DNA of 64,000 bases from Auanema rhodensis (lineage: Eukaryota; Animalia; Nematoda). The translations under genes and the position numbers were made by a program. The notes under the pieces were generated by a model, which made no database searches, was not told the origin of the DNA, and saw only the letters and a list, made by a program, of their open reading frames with translations. Numbering within the stretch: position 1 is the stretch's first letter; each line of letters starts with the position of its first letter. Of this stretch, positions 26,295 to 35,915 are shown piece after piece. The stretch is from assembly GCA_964057225.1 (NCBI GenBank), contig OZ059896.1:6634001-6698000 (forward strand). Reading direction: 5' to 3'.

Positions 26295-28651
26295 ATGGTT
26301 CAAAGTGTTAGAGTTGAGCTTGATTACGCAAACAAATCTGAACGTTTTCGTTTGGAAAAAACTGATTTGTTAAATGCTTTCCAAAGGCAATATTTCCATG
26401 TGTACAATTCTCGTCTAGATGCCATGAAACCTAGAATTTTAGAAGCTGCTAAGATGGAAGGTAGTTTGTAAAGTAGAGTATCTCGATTATGTCTAATTCT
26501 AGGTTACGATAAATATTATAAACAATTAGAGGGATTAACTCTAAATGAAAAAGCGCTGATTATCGGTACAATTCAGAAAAAAATTAGTCTTCGTCCCAGT
26601 ATTTTGAAGGCAATTAGTCTTAAAGAAATATATTATATTGATAACTTTTCAAGGAATTAGCTGAAGACGAAAAGATGTTGCCAGAAGATGCTGAAGTAGA
26701 TCAAGAAGGAACTCCAAGCTTAATTTCTAACAAAGATTATCTTGAATTCGAAGATGAAAAGCAAATCGTTACTCTTGAAGGAAACATCAGCATGGATGAT
26801 GTTGCAACTGGTTGTACAATTGGTCTGTTCGGAAGTCAAGTTCGTGTTTACCTATCTGTCTGAATATTATAATATTTTGGTTAAGATTAAAGACAGCGCG
26901 TTCAATGTTGAAAAAATATTTTATCCTTCTGTTCCAATTCAAAAGGAACCAACTGTGAAAAGTGGAGCTCAAATTGCTCTTGTTTCGGGTCTTGAGCTTA
27001 CTGGATTGGCTGAGAAAGATGTATTTACTTCTCATTTTCTCATTTCGGCTTAAATCATTTTCTGCTTTAGAGAGATACGTGTCTATCTTTGATGATGTTC
27101 GCTCGTTGGCTGAACAATGAAATGTCTGGTGACAAGGCAGATGCTCAACTGGTATCATCTATTGAACGTGTCATCGTAGCCGGAGACAGTATCGCTGCTG
27201 CGCAGGTACTTCATTAACACTTTTGTTGCTTTTACAATCCTCATCTGCTTGTTACCTTCACTGAGCTCATCCTAATTTATTTATGATATTTACAATTACT
27301 AGTACATGATCGGCCTAATTGATGTACAAATGAGTTCGGGCTTTGCGGCACGACCTCAGAAACAACTAACAGGTGGTTACGTCATATTATATGTTTGTCT
27401 AATAGTGTGACTGTTGTTATATACCATCACGGTACCTTTGATCCGATTCAACACTTTTCATAGAATTGCATCAAAATAAATAGGAATCTTCAATCAAATT
27501 TTCAGGCGAAAGAGTTCTCATCAGCTGTTGCGTATCTGCGATTAAGTAGACAAGATTGTTCTCCTAATATAAATGCTATATCTTCTTTGGACACATTGCT
27601 CTCAAAATTCACGGTAAGATAAATGGGATACTTGTAGCTAACACGTCTTCGAATTGATACAAATAGCTTAGTGATGAAATATTCAAATGTCATAGCAACA
27701 ATCGAAATCTTGTTAAGAGAAAATTTAAAGCAATACTAGCAAAACAAAGATTATTTAATGGAGCACAACAACATTCTCATACATTTCGGTCGGGTGTTAA
27801 GTTTTTTTCTTTTCAGCCTAAACTCAGCATTGATCTGATGCCTGGTCAATCAGACCCTACTACGCAGCTTTGGCCTCAGCAGGTACTTTGCTATACTTTT
27901 CGTTTTGTTATCAATTTATTCTCATTAAGCCAATTCATAAAGCTTGCTTGCCACTTTCGAGCAACTGTGGAGCTGCTCTCGGCTTGGTTACAAATCCATA
28001 TATTTTTAAACTTGGAGATCTCGACTTTCTGTTAACCTCAGGTTGGTTTCCGTCCCTTTTCACCTCATTCATCATGCCTTCCGACGGTTTGATGAGCGCA
28101 ATTATGAGCATATTCTCCTCATAAACGGTAATTAGGGTTGCGCGATACGCGGCTCATTCTTTATGATGAGTCAAGGATGCGCGTCTGACATCCAAGTGAT
28201 GGGGCCAAGGCTCACTCCAAGATATCTGAGCAATATTGTGCTAAAAGAGATAATGGGTTTCTCATGTTACCATTTTAAGGACGCAACATTGCTGATCTTA
28301 GGCGCTTGAGTACTGTACAAAAGAGCATTGAACTTATGAAATTAGTTTTGCGCTGGCAACATGTTGCTCCAACGGCTCCGGACACTATTGACTCTTTCCC
28401 ATTTGAAAATAGGTTTGTTGTATTTACAAAACAAAATAAAATAGCTATAAAACAGGGATCCCTTCATTCTCCAAGAGCTTCCTCACGTAATGATTTGTGG
28501 CAATCAGCCAGAAGCTGCTTCTGAGATGTTTGAATATGCTAATGGAAAAACTCTATGTATCTCTCTCCCTAAATTCTCTAGAACTCATATGGTAACCTTG
28601 TTGGATCTCGATACCCTTAAAACAACTACTCGCTACTTTGGACCAAACTGA
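26295..28651 (+). CDS. pold-2: DNA polymerase delta small subunit POLD2
   Basis: [64 protein letters not shown]...WPQQPIHK, TNPY, WQHVAPTAPDT, DPFIL...PHVMICGNQ. TGA at 28649-28651. Confidence 0.93.
27240..27456 (+). ncRNA. Candidate structured intronic RNA (snoRNA/scaRNA-like) in 300-nt pold-2 intron
   Basis: Helices CTGAGCTCAT(27261-70)/ATGAGTTCGG(27330-39), GTACAT/ATGTAC and GTCATATTA(27381-89)/TAGTGTGAC(27403-11). G-U pairs favour the sense strand. The intron is about 6x the usual size. Confidence 0.4.
27640..27786 (+). ncRNA. Candidate box H/ACA snoRNA in 203-nt pold-2 intron
   Basis: 5' hairpin (TAACA..TTCGAATTG / CAATCGAA..TGTTA) followed by ANANNA box AGAGAA at 27716-21 and ACA at 27781-83. 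Length about 145 nt. The second hairpin is weak. Confidence 0.4.
28158..28234 (+). ncRNA. Candidate box C/D snoRNA in 238-nt pold-2 intron
   Basis: Box C ATGATGA 28163-69, D' CTGA 28185-88, C' GTGATGG 28196-202 and D CTGA 28226-29, in canonical order and spacing. Confidence 0.6.
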
Positions 28652-28994
28652 TCTCTTATTCTTTCTTTGATACTCGTGAATACGTTAGTTTTACTCTATT
28701 GATCCTCGCATGTTTTAAGAAGATTCTCGCCTTGTATTTTGCGTGCAACCGGTAGTAGTGACACCATTTCTTTTTTTGTTCAGGTCATGTATTAAGCCCT
28801 TGTATAACCCATGAAAACAATACGAATATTTACTTTAAGGGTTAACATATCTCGTGTAAATCAACATATCCTTAATCTTTCGTGCTTGAATAATAAACAA
28901 CATTTGTATGACTTTATGTGCATTATTTCATCCATATAAAAAAAGAAAACACCTAGACGAAAAGTGAAGAAGAAAGTGTTCAAATATATTAGAA

Positions 28995-31754
28995 TCACTT
29001 GATTTTTTGAGCCAGAATTTCTCTAATATGACGAATAAGATTATTGAGACCATAAATATAGTTTTCGTCTGGTATTCCTTCAGCAGGGAAGACATGTGAA
29101 AAATCTGAAAGTTTATGAATTATACGAATATGAATTCTTGTATCAACCTATCATATAAACTTCCACATTAGGTGAATAACTTTCTTCAGTTTCATAGAGA
29201 AAAAGAAGGGAGGAGGCATAGAAATGAAATATTCGCTGTTGTTCAAACCAATTTTGAATTTTTTCTAATTTTTCTAATACAACATTGAGAACTTCAATAG
29301 AGTTCATTCTACCAGCCTCGAAAAATTCCGATAAACCTATAATGAATGTTCAAGAATACTCATTAATTTAAAAAGAACCATACCATCACCTACATTGTCA
29401 TCAAATCCTTTACCCCACTCTTTGTCTCTTACTTGAACATGATTGCCAACATGCACCTTAAAGATGTGTTTTTATTGCATTTTTCTTTGTTACTAAAGTG
29501 TAATCTTTATATCTTTCAAATTGGTGAGAACAATATTTTTCTTTGACGCTCTCATACTATCCCTCAGATGACACCCAGCCGTTCCGCCGGCTCAACGATC
29601 TTATCTCAGAAGGAAGATCATCGTCGGTATCCCGTCTTTCCCATTAAATGAGCCGATTAGGTTCAGAAGCAGTGGAACGTAACCCGTAATTAGACCTATG
29701 CTGTTGCATGCAACTGTTGCCATACGAGATCGTTCAACTCTTTTCAAAATTTTGCAGAGGAAGGCTCGGGAGGATGGCAACACCTGTGCAGACAGATGGT
29801 TGAAATACATACCATTGCCTCGGGAATACTATGGTGCACTACCATAAGATCTTAGACGGACACTCATAAATCTGGTTTCTTAAACCTTGAAGGAAAGCAA
29901 AGTTTAAACCAAAAATGGACTTGGAAACATAAGAATAGTTTTCATTTAATAGGCTTAAACTACTTACCCGATAACCAAGCAGACGAAATCCTAAAGTTTT
30001 CTGCGGCAAATACTTTGCACTTTCTTTTTCTCTTTTAGCTTTATTGGCAAGAGGATCAAAGGTGACGCGACCCATTTTCACGTCTAAAATAGCGGGATGT
30101 CGGTAAGTAGACGTGACGTCCTCGAGTATTAGAAACTCATGCTCTGAAATAAGTTCTTGATTTTGTATATTGTTGTATGTTTAATAACTCATACACATGT
30201 ATAGATCAGAATATTCTTTGAAATAAACTAAACTCCCTTTCAATATATAACGCATATCTCAAATTATGTTTCATCGATGAGAAAAATAAGATAAGAAATA
30301 ATTAATTCAAAAATCTTCAGCAATTTATAATTTTTTATTGTAAAAATTATATTTAAACACCAGCTGGTTGGTGCTGAGCACTTTTTTCCGGGTTTATCCA
30401 TATTTTTTTGTGCTAACCTTGAATTTAAGGGCTCACAGAAGTGAAACTGACCTTCACCATCAACAACCAATGTTTCTGTTCCGAAAAATCGTGGAGCCAT
30501 CCGCGCTAATTCCATCACATGACCATTGTTCTCAGCACTATAAAATATAAAATTTCATAATCATCCCTATATAAAACTATATAACTAAAATTTATACTTA
30601 CTCGACATAGCTACAAGGTTGATCAGGTCCGGAAGCAACATTGCGCCATTCACTCTCCAGTCTGCGATACACGTTTTCCTAAACAGCCAACCGTAGATGT
30701 CAGTCACTCATCCTATGTTACGCAATCTATATCCGTCAAGATTTGACAAATCTACTCGTGATTTCATGGAATCGGAAGTCAAGTGCATGCGTATGTTATT
30801 AGGCCAAAAAAGACTTCGAACATTTTGATATTTTTATCAAGAAAAAATGAGAGCAAACTCATATAGTAATAGTATTCTTATTATATATCTATGGTTCGAA
30901 AAAATTATCATTTATGAATTAAATAAGATAAGGGTATTAAATGGGTTTACTTGCAGATAGATGGAGACTAGCAATATTTTAAAAAATTGCTATAAGTCAG
31001 ACCATACATTACATATGTACGTGTTCTTCACAAAAACAATTATTGTAAAACTATCCTTTACAGGTCCATTAAACTAGATCATAGTTTATAAACAATATTT
31101 CATAAACGATTAGATGGACAAGTACAACTTGATACCCATCTCTTGAACTATTGTTGATGACCGAACAAGTAAGGAAGGAAATAATTGCAGATTACGCAAT
31201 TTCGATGAATCACAGTGAACATCATCTGAGGTTACAAGCACGATATATGATCTTGACATGGCACATATTGAATTAGAATGACAAAGTTAGTGACGCAATT
31301 TGTCATCCTCCCCATCCCGACACATCCTGTTGTGCTACAGGCGGAAATTTGAGTAATACGGAAGAAACAAAAGCGAATAAATAACTATTCCAAATACCTC
31401 ACAATCACCACGTTTCGCATCCTGTTTTGGTTTTCGAACTTTATTACTCCCAGTTTTTTTCAGAATTCCTATAACAGAGTGTTTAAACCTCGACCTCATC
31501 ACCTGAGCAAACATAAATAGGAGTGGCAATATATAAACACAGGTGAAAGTACTTTAGAGAAAACAGATAAAAAGAAAATATCACTGATAGTAATCAATCA
31601 CACTTCATGTCCGAAAGCATTAGATCCATCCAAAGGAAGTAAAAAATTGCTAACCTATTTCTCTTTTGCCATTCTTGATCACAGATGGGTGATGACCTGC
31701 AATCTGTTCTTCAAACCAATTGTAATCCGCTGGCAAGCCTTCTGTGTCTTTCAT
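28995..31754 (-). CDS. ipmk-1: Inositol polyphosphate multikinase
   Basis: ATG at 31754 gives MKDTEGLPADYNWFEEQIAGHH. Then PRFFG, FLILEDVT, IPK signature PAILDVKMG (PxxxDxKxG), LGFRLLGY, FYASSLLFLYE and MIDFSHV...DENYIYGLNNL. TGA at 28997-28995. Confidence 0.92.
29524..29895 (-). ncRNA. Candidate long multibranch structured RNA in 511-nt ipmk-1 intron (family unassigned)
   Basis: GC-rich island with many helices: TGTTGCCAT/ATGGCAACA, CCGTCT/AGACGG, GATCTT/AAGATC, AGCCG/CGGCT, TATGGT/ACCATA. An ANANNA box (ATAGTA) is followed by an 8-bp terminal hairpin. Confidence 0.55.
31149..31338 (-). ncRNA. Candidate box H/ACA snoRNA in 719-nt ipmk-1 intron
   Basis: Hairpin GCACA..GGATGACAAA/TTTGTCATTC..TGTGC, H box AGATCA (31253-31248), second hairpin GATGAT..AATTGCG/TGCAATT..GTCATC, then ACA (31154-31152). 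Confidence 0.45.
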
Positions 31755-32848
31755 CCTGGAAAGTTAAAATAAAAAGTTCCTAGTTAATTGATAATATGAT
31801 ATTTTTTAAATAACTTTACTATAGTTAGTTCACAACGAATTAGGAATAAATATAAAGTTATGAAGTGAATAGAAGAGCGTGCTAAGTGAAATATATGCAA
31901 ATAACTTTTTAGATTAGAGACAACTACGTTAAATAGAGAACATAAGGCTGTGTCATCTCAAAATGAGAAGAATAAAGATCAAGATGATCGTACGACAGAA
32001 CGGAAAAAATCTGAATTCATAGGAGTTGGACGTTTCGACAACTATTCTGTGACTGTGCGGAATAATACCATGTTGATTGTATTTAAAATGTAGTCACCTG
32101 ATTATTCATGTAACTCGAAATCCAAACATGTTCATTATGAAACAGATCGTCTGAAAAGTGTTCTTAGTATCTTATCATCATACCAGAAATCACGCTTAAA
32201 GTAACACAGAACTAGTAATCATTATCAACATCATCTTGATTTAATTATATATAGACTCCTATTAAATAATTAGAACATACATGGTGTTCAAATACGTATA
32301 CCAATTAGCTTAGAAGCATGTTATTTACCGGAACCTATTTAGAATTACACAAGCACCTGGCAACCTGCTCTGTACGAGTGACAATTTGAATTAATGGACA
32401 GAAGGATGAAGACAAATAGCAGATCGAGACAACATAGGCAACAAAGAGGAGAAGCCATCAAAGCTAGGAGAAATGTTTCGATATAGTGGCAACAGCCGTA
32501 ACAATCTTTGCAAATTCGCCAAAAATTCAAATGAAGTATGAATGCATTGAAATTTTTTATTATATTTGAAATTAAAACATAAAATGTACAGCTCATTCAG
32601 AAACAAAATGAATATTAAAAACGGAAAAAAAATAAAATGGTGACAAGTTCAAGGAAGACTTTCGACACAACGGGTTACATACGGCTGGTTCGTATTGATT
32701 GCAAATAGTTGGACCATTGCGAATTTCTTTGGCACACATCCAGTTAAACCATAGTAGCTGACTATACACAAAGCATTTAAAAACGTGACAATTGATAAAA
32801 TAACTATTTTCTCTCTATTATTCTCTAAATTATACTTAAAATGTAGGC

Positions 32849-35768
32849 TTATACATTAGAAATGTGAATGTGAGCCTGGGGCACAATATGAGCTTGGCTA
32901 ATATCTTCGAATTGTGTGGATTCGTCTTGCTGGAGGTTTACATAGGTGTGATCGCGAGGAAAGTGGTCTTCCTCCTTTTCGTCCCATGATCCAACGTCCT
33001 CATTGGAATCAGTGACTGGAGAAGGACTGTATGCAGAATCGGAGCCAGCAGGAACAGGGGTACTGGTACGGGCGATTTTCTTTTCAACGGTGCGTCTGCG
33101 TCTACGGCGGAGATCGTCAACAACTTCAACATTTCCTGGGAGGCACTCTGGAGGGTCGATTGGTCCATAGTTTAAGCATTCGGAACTGGAGCTAAGTTGA
33201 ACTCGGTGTTGATGACGTCTACGTCTACGTCCATTAGTGGTTTTTTGTTGCTTGGCGGTAACAACAACATCGTCACGATCGAAGGTGTAATATCTATAAA
33301 AAGGAACAATTAACAATCTTTATTTCTTATTATAATTGGTTATATATGGGCTTGCGTAAGTAATTGCGGACATATCATATGGCAAAGACCTGTTGTCAAT
33401 TCATGTCTTATCTGATTCAATCTTTAGCCACCATATAGTTTTTACAGTTTTGATGCAATTAGAATATCGATCATATTTTGAACTTACATTGTCAAAATTG
33501 ACCGAGGACAATGTAAGGTTTATAAGTGTTAGAAAGGTGAGGTCGACCGTATGCTCCTTGATTTTGCCATCAGCTATTCATGATGAATAACTTATGATGC
33601 GCCAAAAAGGCATGTTGTGACACGTTATTGACAAAATGTTTTGCTCAATACAATAGAAATATGAATAGACCTAATGAGACTGTATCAATAGCTGTAATGG
33701 CCAACGGGTTGCTGACTGTTGACATGCTATGATGAATGGAAAACTTCAGGTAGACCTACGGTTCTCATACTGATATCATACCCCCCTTACTGGATTTTGA
33801 TGGATGGAGTGTTAGAATAAGTGATGAAGTACTAACCTGTTAGCAGTAGTTGCTTGAGGAGCTTTGCTCTGCTTGATAGTTCCCATCCATTCATCAGCAC
33901 TGGTAAAGAAAAATGGCACGGCTGGTGCAGCAGTCATAGGTGCTGGAGGTGGAGATGGAATGGTGTTTGGAAGTTGATTGTTAATTGGGCGACGAGTGAA
34001 AAGACGAGCCAAAAGGCCTTTTTTCTCCTTCTTTTCCTCTTCCATGATAGACATTCCAGTTTGGCATTCGACAGTAGTCTATAAGAATCTAATATTAAAA
34101 AGCATTTGCAATTACAATAATTACCTTATGAACTGGTTGAGCTGTGGATTGAGTTGGAATACTTACAAAAAAGTGTTCACCAATTCTATAGACAAGTCCA
34201 GTATTAACAAGGGTTTGTAAGGTTTGCTTCATAGTTTGTAAATTATTTGAAGCCATGTAAGCGTAATGTTGCAAAATGTAGTCCCTGATGTTGGTCATGC
34301 TGGCAATTTGTCCTAAGCTGTTCAACTGGCTAATAGCATCACAAATGATATCGCCAAGTGGTACGAAATTCATCTGCTCAACTTCTTGGATAGCTCCCAT
34401 AGCACCTAAAATGGATATAGATTAGCTAATAAGTTTAATTGGTTTAGATTCTAAGATGGTGGTTATAGACCGGTTAAGATACTCTTCATGCTGTTATAAC
34501 TTCATGTTTTCTAAGAGAGTCATTTCTATGGAGCATATTCAACAGGCTCATAAGTCACATCTGCTCACCACCTGCCTTACCCGCACTAAGAAGGCTCTGG
34601 AGTCAGATTGCATGTAACTACCTGCTCAAACTCTCCGTCAACGATGACTTGGATCATCACTATTCCATATGGAGACAATTATCACCACAGGAGTGACAAT
34701 AATAGAATCTTGATGATTGTACAGTTAGCTATATGAATCTGTCACAAAACATCTGCAGAAATCGAGCAGGTATACGCTAATCATGAGAGCAGATGATATA
34801 AGTCATGTTATGACAAAGCTTCATTCTATTTTGAATAGCTAATTAGAACAATTAGAAATATTTACTTAGATGTATTCAAAAGTAAATGCAAAGTAAACAA
34901 ATGAAATAGAGTGAGAAAACCATATCATAAGAAAAAAACTTTTTCTTTAGGTGCGATCATTACACACAACTAATTTTAATGGGCCTATTTGAATGAGGTC
35001 CTTTCATGAGGTGTGAGATGGCTGACACCTTTTTCAAAAGAATACGAAAAGAATGAATAGTTTTTGCACATTAGAACTACCGTATAGCCAAATAGAGAAA
35101 TATGAAGTTTTTAAAATGCTTGATGATTTAAAAAAAACTTTTTTGTTGATATTAGTGGATAGAATATTAGAAATGAGAAACTCTAAAGAATTATATGCTG
35201 TCGGAATGAGCTGAGAACAAAGTATAGGCCGAGTCAGCAAACTGCCGAGGGCTAAGATTAAGCAGACAGGCCGGATTAGCGCTTAGTTCTTCGATGAGAA
35301 CGTTTGAATATTACTTCAGAAACAAATAGTGAATGAATACAGTAATGATAGTTATTTTAAAAGAATAGAAAATGAAATGAAATTAAAAAGAAATGAAGGA
35401 AAGAACTTACCAAGAGAAAGAATTTTATAAGTTGTTGGAGCTTTAAGAATACGACGAGCATATTCTGATTTGATTGTGTCAATAGAGTTTGCTGGACCAG
35501 AGATAAATAAAGTTGATGGTCGAAGGAATCCCATATAGATAATTGATTCCATAGCTTCAACCAATTCTCTGAAAATTGATTACGTCTTAGATGAATATGT
35601 AATACTATATGAAAGGAAATGAAATGTTATAATAGATAACCTATATGATATAGTAATATAAACTAACCTATTCCAGAAATTCTTACGATTAGCTTCTTTG
35701 AATGATTCAAATACGCATCGTCCATTTTTGGGCTTTGGGCCTTGGAGAACAACTGCTAAACTAGACAT
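32849..35768 (-). CDS. ham-1: Storkhead-box winged-helix protein HAM-1
   Basis: MSSLAVVLQGPKPKNGRCVFESFKEANRKNFWNR / ELVEAMESIIYMGFLRPSTLFISGP / GAIQEVEQMNFVPLGDIICDAISQLN closely follows C. elegans HAM-1. Basic NLS-like RRRRR tracts and C-terminal SNV*. Five exons. Confidence 0.92.
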
Positions 35769-35819
35769 CGTGGTAGTTGATGATGATTCTAACCCAGAAT
35801 AGCAGTCAGATTGATAGTC

Positions 35820-35915
35820 AATGTGGGCGGAGCACCTACTAGGGGCTGGATGACGAACTCCCTCCCTCTAATAGCACCATACCCCTTCACCACCGTGTAT
35901 AAGCCCCGCCCCTTT
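35820..35915 (-). promoter_or_regulatory. ham-1 proximal promoter with Sp1/KLF GC boxes
   Basis: GTGGGCGGAG at 35823-32 and GCCCCGCCCC at 35903-12, 55-145 bp upstream of the ATG in otherwise AT-rich DNA. Confidence 0.6.

Noticed and set aside
28144-28160. ATACGCGGCTCATTCT resembling RNase MRP CR-V
   Set aside because: No upstream GAAAG-type CR-I able to form P4 in this intron.
29757-29772. GAGGAAGGCTCGGG resembling RNase P CR-I on the + strand
   Set aside because: No downstream CR-V partner, and G-U pairing favours the opposite strand.
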